Below, one piece after another: positions 26,072-37,081 of a stretch of 64,000 bases of DNA. Position 1 is the stretch's first letter. Each line of letters opens with the position of its first letter. The DNA comes from Felis catus (taxonomy: Eukaryota), in assembly GCF_018350175.1 (NCBI RefSeq), contig NC_058368.1:206648001-206712000 (forward strand), read 5' to 3'. The notes under the pieces were generated by a model, which had not been told where the DNA came from, did not search any database, and saw only the letters and a program-made list of their open reading frames with translations. Position numbers and translations under genes: made by a program.

Positions 26072-27719
26072 GTATTTATGAATTTAAAAGATGATTTTCT
26101 ATAGTTTTAGAAACCCAAAATGATAAGAGCTGATGGAGGTAAGACACTTTGTGTGTCTACCATGTTCAGGTAGGAGTTCTTCCATTTTTTCCTAAGTGTC
26201 ATATGAAGTCAATGATCACTCATTCAAAAGAATAGTGTTTCTCATTATATTGCCAAGATTATATAACAATGTTTTTAGGTCAAAAATAAAGAAAAAAATC
26301 TAATGAATAAAAGCTAAATTACCTGTAATTCTAATATTAAAAATTACTACTATTAGTGTTTCGAATAAATACTTTCATCTATCAAGACTTTCCTATGTTG
26401 TTTTTGTTGAACTTCGGGGATGGAGGGTAAGAAGTGTGGTGAATATCCAGGAACTGTGGAAAACACTCTTAAGGTTAAATTAATGGAGGAGACACTCTAA
26501 TGTGACTTACAAGGAGATATTCTCTTCAGCAAAGTAAGACCTAAAATGTATACTTTTAGAGTTGGGAGTGGGACAAGGAGGATGCATAAAATTGAAGAGA
26601 GCTATCAGAAGGAAATTAACTTTGTCAGTGCAAGATGTCTTTGATTATTATTATTGTTGCTACTGTTATTATCATTTTGGTTTTCAGTCAACCAAACAAA
26701 AGAGTATCAGAAACCCTTGCACAAGATAACCCCAACATCATGTCTTCTCTTATCTATGGGAAACTTCCCCTTCCACTATCCCATACCACAATGAGGGAAA
26801 GAATCTCTGTAGAAGGATAGTTATGTGAAAAGTTTCATGTAACTAGCACAGTAAGCTAGGAAAATTTCTAAGTTACAGGAAAACTTGGAACTTGCTTACC
26901 ACTTGGTAAATAAACACAGCTCTGTTTGAAGGAGGGGACGTATAGGGATTTGGAACTAGAAGAAGACACTAAAAGGAATGAGGTATTGGTGGAAGAGGAT
27001 AGCAGGATATGAGGTGGGGATGTATAGACCATTCTCTACTAACTTAGACGACATCCATGTGGGGATCCCTAGAGATTCTGAGTATACCGTGCTTGTATAT
27101 GGTGCTTTGGGAGGAACTAGATAAACTAAAGGTGAAAAGTCCTTGGTTTTATCTTTCCAAACTCACTACAGTTGGAGTCAGCTACTGTGAACCTAGAATA
27201 AAGAGTTGATTGAGACTTATTAGGGTATGTGTTCACATGGCAGAGGGATGTGAACAGACTACATCTCTCACCTCCACCTGGTCAATGACCGACAGGTGTT
27301 CGATGATGAGGGTGGGGCCAGCAGGGAAGCTGGTTTTTGTTATTATGAGACTAGAAAAGCAGTAAGACCTATTTCTTATGCCTGTAGCACTTTTATGCCC
27401 CGTTGTTCGCTTAGCTAATTCCCACCCTCACTTCTTGTCCCCACTGAGGTGCTTCTTCTGGGAAGGTTTCTTTCAGATCAGATAATGCTCCTTCTCTTCT
27501 CTCCCTTTTCCTTGCCTGCAGTTAGGGTGGACTACCTCTGTCTCAGCAGACTTTACATTGCAATTGCCTGTTTATTGTTTGTATTCCCAGACTGAAACAT
27601 ATGAGGACAAGAACTGTTTCTACTATGTGCACGATCACACTCGGGACATCCAACTCCGTGCTAGGAATATAGCAGATGCTCAGGTTGCTTTGCTGGCAGT
27701 ATCTGTTATTAAAGAACTG

Positions 27720-28030
27720 AATAATAATGATAGGTAACACTTGTAGAGGGACTACCACGTGCTAGGCTGGATTCTAGAAACTTCACATATATTAACTCAT
27801 TTAATCCACACAATAGATAGGTAATACTTTTTATATATAATAGAAAAACTTGTACTACATAAGTAGGTACTATTAGAAAGGATTTAAGCTTTATTTATGA
27901 ATAGACTAAGGTACAGAAAAGTTAAGTAACTTGCCAAAGGTCACACAGCTAGGAAATGGTAATTCAGGATTTTAATTCAGTTAATCTAGTACCTGAATGT
28001 GTGTTCTTAGCTACAATATTATACTGCTTC
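27720..28030 (-). mobile_element. MIR
   Basis: attaactcatttaatcc...aaggtacagaaaagttaagtaacttgccaaaggtcacacagctagg. Confidence 0.85.
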
Positions 28031-28275
28031 TAAACTCAGGTATTCTCTACCCCCAATAATTTGAAATAGTTTTTTTCACTTAAAAGAGACGTATTATCCT
28101 TGACAACTCTGACGTAAACATAAATATCCTCCCAAGAATGACTTCAGAGGTCAGGAAAGAGCCAGTTTAGGACAACTATATTTGCATGCTGGAGGACAAT
28201 TATTTTCCTGTAATGAAGTTAAAGGAAATCACTTACCAAATAAGATGAAAGATGTGAAACAGGCTTGGGTTTTTT

Positions 28276-28481
28276 ATTACGTTTCTTTATTTTTGAGAGG
28301 CAGAGAGAGACAGAGCATGAGTGGGGGAGGGGCAGAGAGAGAGGGAGACACAGAATCCGAAGCAGGCTTCAGGTTCTGAGCTGTCAGCACAGAGCCTGAT
28401 GCGGGGCTTGAACCCACAAACCATGAGATCGTGACCTGAGCCAAGTCAGACACTCAACCTACTGAGCCATCCAGGAACCCC
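28276..28481 (-). mobile_element. Can-SINE (SINEC_Fc)
   Basis: TSD ggcttgggtttttt (28262-28275 / 28484-28497). Confidence 0.95.
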
Positions 28482-28959
28482 TGGGCTTGGGTTTTTTTAA
28501 TATTGTTCTTGACAAAGAGATTGGATATTGTGCACCTGGAAGTATGAATATTGCTAGGTTTAATCTGGGTGTGGATAATGTCTTATAGCAGAAGTTGAGG
28601 GATTGGCTTACAGTCTTAGTTTGCCTTTCAAGTAAAATGGTGAACTTGGCCAGATTAATTAATTTCTTTGTGCCCAATGTAGCTCCTCTAAACAGAGCCC
28701 TCCATGACCAAACTAGAGCCTGATCTTTGACCTCAAAGACCTGAGTTTTGGCATCAGTTCTGCTCCTTCTTTCAATTGCCCAGCAAGAAAGTCAGAGTTC
28801 CTATCTTAAGTTATTTTTAGTGGCAGCCCTGTGAGCAACCCAATCTCAGCAACACTGAGGACCAAATGGTTGTCCGTGTTCAAGTAGTAGAACTGAGGAT
28901 AAATCCTTCCAAGTGATTTCTGGAGGTTGGCTGCTTCAGAAGTGGATAGAGGGTGTTGA

Positions 28960-29600
28960 GGTATCAGGATGCTTTGGGTTAAAGTAATGGGAAATTAATG
29001 CAGCCTTGCTTATACTGTGTAAGTACTTTTTAAAAGTTTCACATAACCTCCATGGGTAAGGTAGGCATTAGGCTTGTTATACAAGGCCTCAAACTTTATT
29101 TCTCTGAGATTCTATTACCTTTATTCTATTCTCTTTCTTGTGTTTTATCTTCTGGTTGCTTGAAAGATGGTGGCAGTAGTTCAGATATCTCATTTAAATG
29201 TGAACTTGTATGGAGGAAGAGGAGTCTATTTCTCCTGTCTTTCTCCCTGGTAATGAGGAGACTATTCCCAGAAGTGCCCCAGCTGACTCTCCTCATGTCT
29301 TTTTGGCTGGAATTGTATTAAATGTCTATTCCTAAGCCAATCACTGACAAGGAAATTGGATTACCATGATTGGCTTAGAGTCTGACAGTTTTGCCAGTTT
29401 ATTAGTTGCTTTTGTGAAGAGGCAGAGCTCTGATGTTCCCTACTTTACCATTTTTGGCGATGTCACCCTAGCTTTCTGATTGGCTTAGACTAATCAACAT
29501 TTACCCTTGGAGCTGGGGATGCATGGAGTTATTTTTAGAAGAGAGAGAATCCAGATGAATCAGGCTTAGCAAGGAGAAGTGGGCAACAGTGTTTACTATG
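28960..29600 (-). mobile_element. Old MaLR solo LTR (MLT1J/K-like) interrupted by a 97-bp insert
   Basis: tcaggatgctttggg...ttcccagaagtgccccagctgact...ttggctggaatt...ccaatcactgacaagg...ttaccatgattggcttaga[insert]ctaatc. Confidence 0.7.
29380..29476 (-). mobile_element. L1M 5'-terminal fragment with 13-bp flanking duplication
   Basis: Minus strand reads GTGACATCGCCAAAAATGGTAAAGTAGGGAAC...AAAAGCAACTAATAAACTGGCAAAACTGTCAGA; flanked by tgattggcttaga on both sides. Confidence 0.6.
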
Positions 29601-29724
29601 AGAGATGATTATGATAAAAGAGTGGCATCATGAAGGAAGGAAGTTGATTATAGAGGCGGAGAGTATCTCTGGACGAGGAAGGTCTTGGGCCAGAGCAGTG
29701 AAAGGAACAATCCACCAGTGGAAA

Positions 29725-29945
29725 AGACAGCAGTGTCTTTGGAAGAGGACAGACTCAGGTTCCAAGTCTGCCTTATCTCCCTCCAGATACACTAACGTGG
29801 GGAAGTCAGTTAACTTTGTTGTATACCAGTCTCATAATCACAATGGGGGGGGGGTGATAATAATTTCCCCATTTTTGAATGGATGTTAAAGTGATATAAG
29901 AAATGTAAGATGTCAAAGGGGGCTTGGTGCATCATAGATGGTTAT
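29725..29945 (+). mobile_element. MIR
   Basis: gtctttggaagaggacagactcaggttccaagtctg...ggggaagtcagttaacttt. Confidence 0.55.
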
Positions 29946-30104
29946 CTTTATGCTGATGATGTGACTGGCCCCCCTGGAACAGAGAGACTAGCAGAGCAAA
30001 CTAAGTAGGGAGTTACTGGAAATTGAATGACTGTGGTGAAATCACAGTACTCAGCCTTAATTGAGTGCTTTTCACATGCCAGGGATCATTTACTGATTCT
30101 ACTA

Positions 30105-30680
30105 ACCAATTGTTACTGAGTGCCTACAGTGTGTCAGGCCCTGTTGCTGGCCCTGGAGATACAGCACTAAAATACAAGAGACAAACACCTTGGCTCTCAA
30201 GGAGTTTACAGCCTAGTGGGGGGCTGTAAACAGACACAAGTGAATGTATAAAGCATTTTGAATGTGAGAGTGCTGAGTGCTGAGAGGAAGTATAAGGCAG
30301 AGAAGGAGGATCGAGAGGGCAGAAAGATAGGGCAGGAGCGGGGGAGGAAAGTTTAAACAGGGTGTCCACAAATGTCTTCCAGAGGAAGATGATGTGTGAG
30401 CAAACAGTTGGAGGATGTGAGGGAGTAAGCCATGTGGTCTGAAGGAGAAGGTCTCCAAGCAGAGGGAGCAGTAAGTGGAGTGTGCTTGGAAAGTTCAGAG
30501 ATGAGCAATGAAGAAACTATGGCTGGAAAACAGAGAGCAAAGCAAAGATTGGAGATGAGGTCAGAAAGGTAGCAGGTGAGATCAGGTGGGGGAGTTTGTG
30601 AAGCTTTGAATGTGATTTTATAGATTTTGGACTTCATTCTAATACAGAAAGTTGTGAAGGGTTTTCAGCAGAGGAATCGT
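30105..30680 (-). mobile_element. L2 3' fragment
   Basis: ttactgagtgcctacagtgtgtcaggccctgttgctggccctggagatacagca...ggagtttacagcctagtgg. Confidence 0.8.
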
Positions 30681-30699
30681 TATTTTCTTTCACTCTTCT

Positions 30700-32080
30700 T
30701 TTGAGTCTCTTCTGTTTGCATTCTTTTTATTGTAAATTATTTTTTACAATTAATTTTTCTGTCAGTCCCTCCTCAGTTCCTAGTCTTTCAGTGAATATTA
30801 ATATTTCCTGTACATGTAACAGCCGTTTTCTCCAGATTATTAGACATCCTTCCTCTGCCCTGAGACTACTGTGGAGTGGTTTCGCGGTATGTCAGTAGTC
30901 TCATTTCATTTACCAACAAGGTGCGGACATAATCTCTGCCTGCTTTTGCCCGAGAGGACCTTTAACATGTCCTAAAGGAGGTTAGTCCTCGGTTTCTGGA
31001 AATCCTGAGGAGACTGGTACTTGTTAAAAGCTGCCTCCCAGCCCTTGAGCTGCCTGCCAGGCTAGAGCCTGTGTTGGGGTTGGCGGGTGCTCCCTGTCCT
31101 GGTCTTCTCCATGTAACGTGCTGCCCACCTGATGGCACTCACCAACTGCCTCACTCCAGGCGCCCCTCTTTTGTATTGTTAGCTGCCTTTCTTTTTTCTT
31201 TTTTTAAATGTTTATTTATTTTGAGAGAGAGCACACACAGGCTTGCGAGCAGGCGAGGGGCAGAGAGAGAGGGAGAGACAGAATCCCAAGCAGGCTTTGA
31301 GTTGTCATTGCAGAGCCCCATGCAGGGCTCGAACACATGAACCATGAGATCATGACTTGAACCAAAATTAAGCATTGTACGCTTAACTGACGGAGCCACC
31401 CAGGCACCCTGTTAGCTGCCTTTCTTAACAGATTTCTTCCTGGGGTGTGCAGGATTGGTTTTTGAGTGAGATGATTTTATCTTCCCTTTTTTCTTTTGTG
31501 CTCACCACCTCCTTGGCTAGTGGTTTTCTCAATTGTCTCCATCCAGGTCTTGGGCCCTCCAGTCTAGAATCAGGTTTTAATGGATTGGGGCTCCTGCTTT
31601 GTTGTGAAATTTGATATAGTACAGATCCAGTTTGGGAGCCAGTTCTGAGCATGGGGGTCATGCTTTGTCAATCAGCTTTCCTGAGTCCACAGTTCATAAA
31701 GCCTTGGGCTCTGGATGAAAGCAGTTTTATCAACCTCTTCCTATGAGGAATGAGGAGGGGAGGATGGGCAGGAGGGAGTACTTCCATGCCAGGACCTAGC
31801 TTTAAGCAGTGAATCTGGATCCTATCCCTTGTCTGCTGTGAACGTTAAGTCTGCCTGTCACTATCATCTCAACTGCCTCTGCCTGTTTCCAGACTTCAAA
31901 CCCTGGAGACTCTGGGCTTTAGCCATATTCCCTGCTTTGGGTTTCTGTTTCACTTCTAGTACATAACAATGTTTATTTTGTTTTGAAACCTGGTTATATA
32001 TTTTGGATTTTCTCTTTTTACATTTTCCAATTATTCTTTGGAGGCAAAGTATGAAGTTAATTCACCATCTTGACTGAAGT
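30700..32080 (-). mobile_element. Ancient L1M 5' region remnant, split by a SINE
   Basis: Diverged antisense L1M 5'-like sequence ending ttcaccatcttgactgaagt; family uncertain. Confidence 0.4.
31194..31409 (-). mobile_element. Can-SINE
   Basis: Perfect 17-bp TSD tgttagctgcctttctt (31177-31193 / 31410-31426). Confidence 0.96.
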
Positions 32081-32117
32081 TTTCAAGTAGATTTTTAGGT
32101 AGAAATTTAGAATGCTA

Positions 32118-32314
32118 GGGCCACCTAGGTGGCTCAGTTGGTTAAGCATCTGACTCTTGATTTCAGCTCAGGTTATGATCTCATGGTTGTGGGAGTCATG
32201 AAGCCTGCTTAAGATCCCCTCTCTCTCTCTTGCTCTCTCTCCCTCTGCCCCTCCCCAGCCCATGCTCACATTCATCCTCTCTCTCAAAAAAAAAAAAAAA
32301 ATTAAAAAAAAAAT
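32118..32314 (+). mobile_element. Can-SINE (internally shortened)
   Basis: TSD aaatttagaatgcta (32103) / aaatttacaatgcta (32315); long A tail. Confidence 0.93.
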
Positions 32315-32380
32315 AAATTTACAATGCTAATTGTATCAGCAAGTTGTATAACCACTCCAACCATAATTTTCTTACATGGA

Positions 32381-32728
32381 TGTCTCAGTCTACTTGGGTT
32401 GCTACAACAAAACACTATAGACCAGGTGGCTTAAACAACAGACATTTATTTCTCATAACTCCAGGGGCTGGGAAGTCCAAGGTCAAGGTGCCAGCAGATT
32501 CAGTTCTTGGGAGAGTCCTCTTTCAGGCTTGTAGATGGCCACCATCTGTCTGTGTGCTCCCATGACCTCTTCTTTGTGCGAGGGCAGAGGAGAGAGAGAG
32601 CATCTTATCAGGGCACAAATCCCATCAGGAGAGTACTACCTTCATGACCTCACCCAAACCTAATTACCTCCCAGAGGGGTTAGGACTTCAACATATGACT
32701 TTTAGAGGGACACATTCACTTTATAACA
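32381..32728 (-). mobile_element. MaLR solo LTR (MLT1A-like)
   Basis: TG...CA ends; ggtggcttaaacaacagacatttatttctca...ggctgggaagtccaaggtcaaggtgccagcagatt; 5-bp TSD atgga/ttgga. Confidence 0.9.
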
Positions 32729-32749
32729 TTGGAACATCACTACATTACT

Positions 32750-33045
32750 GTTTCTAAGTTTGCTTCAGATCCATTGTTCAAGTAAATTCAATAGGTACAT
32801 TGATAACAAAGAGTACACTGCTAAAACAGTTTTGGTAAATTCTGTATTAAACAAAATCAAACATATTTTTCCCTTGAAGTACTTTATGGAGACTCAAACA
32901 TGTATATGTGCATTGTGTGTTACTTATAAGGAGATTAAATATGCATAGTCTTCCAAACTCATTTCAACATGACATTTTTTCATGCCATGCTTATTAATAT
33001 ATCCCAGAAGAGTATTCCATGGGATACAATGTGGAAACTGTTAAT
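32750..33045. mobile_element. Degenerate hAT-Charlie DNA transposon remnant
   Basis: ctgtttc...gaaactg termini and aaacaaaatcaaacat / tatgtgcattgtg / ttccaaactcattt motifs; resembles 52235-52550. Confidence 0.4.
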
Positions 33046-33167
33046 ATTGACCAGACAAAAATATGTTTATATATTTTTATATATGTATGAATATGAATTT
33101 GAAAGTAAATATACATATATGTATGAATTTACATATATATTCTGAGTACCTAGAAAAAGAATTGTGT

Positions 33168-34573
33168 GCTACTGGCACAAAAACAGACACTCAGATCAAT
33201 CAATGGAACAGAATAGAGAACCCAGAAGTGGACCCACAAACATATGGCCAACTAATCTTTGACAAAGCAGGAAAGAATATCCAATGGAATAAAGACAGTC
33301 TCTTCAGCAGGTGGTGCTGGGAAAACTGGACAGCGACATGCAGAAGAATGAACCTGGACCACTTTCTGACACCATACACAAAAACAAACTCAAAATGGAT
33401 GGAAGCCCTAAATGTAAGACAGGAAGCCATCAAAATCCTCGAGGAGAAAGCAGGTAAAACCCACTTCGACCTTGGCTGCAGCAACTTCTTACTCAACACA
33501 TCTCCAGAGGCAAGGGAAACAAAAGCAAAATTGAACTATTGGGACCTCATCAAAATAAAAATCTTCTGCACAGTGAAGAAAACAATCAGCAAAACTAAAA
33601 GGCAATCAAGAGAATGGGAGAAGATATTTGCAAATGACATGTCAGGTAAAGGGTTAATATCCAAAATCTATAAAGAACTTATCAAACTCAACACCGAAAA
33701 ATCCAGTGAAGAATTGGGCGAAAGACATGAATGGACACTTCTCCAAAGAAGACATCCAGTGAAGAAATGGGCAAAAGTCATGAATAGACACTTCTCCAAA
33801 GAAGACATCCAGATAGCCAGCCGACACGTGAAAAAATGCTCAACATCATTCATCATCGGGGAAATACAAATCAAAACCACAGTGAGATACCACCTCATAC
33901 CTGTCAGAATGGCTAACATTAACAACTCAAGCAACAACAGATGTTGGCGAGGATGCAGAGAAAGAGGATCTCTTCTGCACTGCTGGTGAGAATGCAAACT
34001 GGTACAGCCACTCTGGAAAACAGTATGGAGGTTTCTCAGAAAGCTAAAAATAGAACTACCCTACAACCCAGCAATTGCACTACTAGGTATTTATCCAAGG
34101 GATATAGGTATGCTGTTATAAAGAAGATGTGTGTGTGTGTACACACACACGCGCGTGCGCGCGTGCGCACACACACACACACACACACACACTGGAGTAT
34201 TACTCAGGAATCAAAAAGAATAAAATCTTGCCATTTGCAACTATGTGGATGGAACCAGAGGGTATTATGCTAAGAGAAATTAGTCAGAGAAAGACAAATA
34301 TCGTATGACCTCACTCATATGAGGACTTTAAGGTACAAAACAGATGAATAAGGGAAGGGAAGCAAAAATAATATAAAAACAGGGAAGGGGACAAAACAAA
34401 AGAGACTCTTAAATATGGAGAAAAAAACAGAGTGTTACTGGGGGGGGGTTATGGGAGGGGGAATGGGCTAAATGGGTAAGGGGCATTAAGGAATCTACTC
34501 CTGAAATCATTGTTGCACTATATACTAACTTGGATGTAAATAAAAAAAAAAATACACATAAGTTAAAAAAAGG
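33168..34573 (+). mobile_element. 5'-truncated feliform L1 (ORF2 C-terminus, 3'UTR, A tail)
   Basis: [43 protein letters not shown]...; TSD aaaagaattgtgt (33155-33167 / 34574-34586). Confidence 0.97.
34127..34192. repeat. Compound (GT)n(AC)n(GCGCGT)(CA)n microsatellite inside L1
   Basis: Uninterrupted purine-pyrimidine alternation seen directly. Confidence 0.95.
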
Positions 34574-35039
34574 AAAAGAATTGTGTTATGTATATGCATG
34601 TGTTATGTATTATTGCATCATGTTATTAACATTAATAAATAGCAAAATATATGAATAATAAGTCATTGTACAGTGTTTTGCTCTTAATGGAATATAGAAT
34701 ATAGGAATTATAGAGCAATAGAATGTCAAAATTAAGAGTATATTGATATAGAATTGAATGCCTTTCAAATTTTTTAATCTTTTAAAGCTCAAATTAAATT
34801 TTATATGGAAACTGTCTATCTCATATATATGCATATATAAATATATAACAGAGTTGCACTGTTTGAAGTGGAGTTGGAAAAATGAGAGTCCTCACCCTTC
34901 CTTTTCAAGGTCAATCCTGAGTACCTCTGAGTGACTCTCTCACCTTCTGAGGGCCTGGCTTGAATTCTACTATCTGATGCCTCAATTTAATAGCAGGGGA
35001 GTCAGGGTCTAAAATGGTGAAGTTACTTCTTTCTTCTTG

Positions 35040-35259
35040 ATTTTTTAAATGTTTATTTATCTTAGAGAGAGAGAGAGAAAGAGAGAGAGGGAGAGAATGA
35101 GTAGGGGAGGGGCAGAGAGAGAGGGAGACACAGAATCTGAAGCAGGCTCTGGGCTCTGAGCTGTCAGCACAGAGCCCAACGTGGGCTTGAACTCATGAAT
35201 CATAAGGTCATGACCTGAGCCAAAGTCGGAGGCTTAACCGACTGAACCATCCAGGTGCC

Positions 35260-35261
<2 letters not shown>
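35040..35261 (-). mobile_element. Can-SINE (SINEC_Fc)
   Basis: Full SINE body ending gaaccatccaggtgcctc. Confidence 0.95.
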
Positions 35262-35327
<66 letters not shown>

Positions 35328-35328
35328 T
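35261..35328. repeat. (CTTT)n tetranucleotide microsatellite
   Basis: About 17 units between two SINEs. Confidence 0.95.
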
Positions 35329-35523
35329 TATATTCATTTATTTATTTTGAAAGAGAGAGAGAGAGCCTGAGTTGAGGAGAGGGGCAAAAAAGAGAAATAA
35401 TCTTAAGCAGGCTTCACGCTCAGTACCAAGCCCAACTTGGCACTCGATCTCACGATAGTGAGACCATGACCTGAGCTGAAATCAAGAGTCGGACGCTTAA
35501 CTGACTGAGCCATCTAGGTGCCC
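35329..35523 (-). mobile_element. Can-SINE (older subtype)
   Basis: Ends gagccatctaggtgccc; TSD ggtgaagtta(c/t)ttct at 35016 and 35529 encloses both SINEs, inside a MIR. Confidence 0.92.
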
Positions 35524-35708
35524 GAAAAGGTGAAGTTATTTCTCAAAGTCTACTAGCTAATTAGGGGCAGAAGCAGGACCAGAATGAAGATACCCCAATT
35601 CCTAGTTCAGTGCTCATTCTCCCACACTAGTTTTTCATCTTTTTAGAGCATTTGAATTATTTTTTTCAAATGAAACATGATGCAGAAATTCAACATATAA
35701 AACACAAA

Positions 35709-35898
35709 TGGCTTAGTTGGTTGAGTGTCCACCTCTTGATTTTCGTTCAGGTTATGATCCCAGGGTGGTGGGATTGAGCCCCGTGTAGGACTCCTTGCTG
35801 AGCATGGAGCATGCTTAAGATTCTCTCTCTGCTCCTCTCTCCCACTAGAACTCTCTCTCTCTCTAAAAACAAAACAAACAACAACAACAACAAAACCC
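35709..35898 (+). mobile_element. Can-SINE, slightly 5'-truncated
   Basis: TSD aaaacacaaatg (35699) / aaaacagaaatg (35899); (AAC)n tail. Confidence 0.92.
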
Positions 35899-36864
35899 AA
35901 AACAGAAATGAAGCCTAGCTTCCCTGTTTGAAGGACAAGGGATGGGTCATATGTCTGGTAGGAGAGCTGAGGGTCCTGTGGCCTTGTGTATTACCCTCTA
36001 GTCCTCCTGCACTGGCCCTTGATGGCTCAGGGCAGCAGTGTTTAAAAATTATACATGAAACTGGGCAGAATCAACGTACACAGTTCTTCAAACCCAGAAG
36101 GATACCATTTATACACATGAGAGGGACTTTTCTGATACCCATTGGGTCTTACCCCTTACAAGAGATTGTGGCTCATAGCTAAACGAGAAAAAAAAAACTT
36201 TATTTATAAAAGGGGTTGTTCTTTGTCAAAGAACAAAATGACAAAGTTCATTTTTTAATTTAAAGGAAGAGACTAAAGAGTTCCTGCAAACCTTACCATT
36301 TGAACTGGCAACACAGTTATCACATCCAAAGCAGAAAGAGTCCAGCCCCTGGGCCCCAGGGCACAAGCTTCTAGAACTTTGGTCATTATGTGAGTGATTC
36401 AGTTTGGTGAATCAGCTCCTTTCTGTGATTTCAAATAATGATAACAAGCACCGGGAGGAAGGCAGCAGCATTGTTCAAAGCAATCAGTCTCTCATTTGGG
36501 TGCTCAACTGCCTGAGGAGAAAACACATGTAACTGTTCCTCATTAATAGCAAAATTATGCCTTTGTGCCAAATTATTCACGCAGAGTTGAAAAATGAGTC
36601 ACACGTAACATTCTGTGGGTTTTCTGCCTTTCGTTCTTACTATTTAAGAGAATGAAGATGAGTTTAGAAATCTGATTACTCTGTTGCCAAGTGAGATGAG
36701 AGAGGTAATTGGAGTAAGGACAATTTCCTACAAATTCGGCCCCAAGGTAGACCATGGGAATCAAACTCCTATTGGAGGATCGTCTGTGCTGGGATGTGAG
36801 GGGTTTCGTGGCTATTTTTCCGAATCTTCTCTCCTCAGAAAGAGGCAAGGAATCCTATTACTGG

Positions 36865-37081
36865 TTTTTTTTTTTTTTTAATTTTTTAATGTTTGTTTAT
36901 TTTTGAGAGAGAGAGAGAGCACGAGTGGGGAGGGGCAGAAAGTTTGGGAAACAGAATCCTAGGCAGGCTCCAGGCTGAGCTGTCAGCACAGAACCCCAGG
37001 CAGGGCTCAAGCCCATAAACGGTGAGACCATGACCTGAGCCGAAGTTGGACACTTAACCAACTAAGCCACCCAGGCGCCCC
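36865..37081 (-). mobile_element. Can-SINE (SINEC_Fc)
   Basis: Poly-T followed by SINE body ending agccacccaggcgcccc. Confidence 0.95.

Noticed and set aside
33063..33989. 308-aa ORF, the longest in the window
   Set aside because: Chimera of AT-rich flank and L1 ORF2 C-terminus, passing through the 53-bp duplication; not a host gene.
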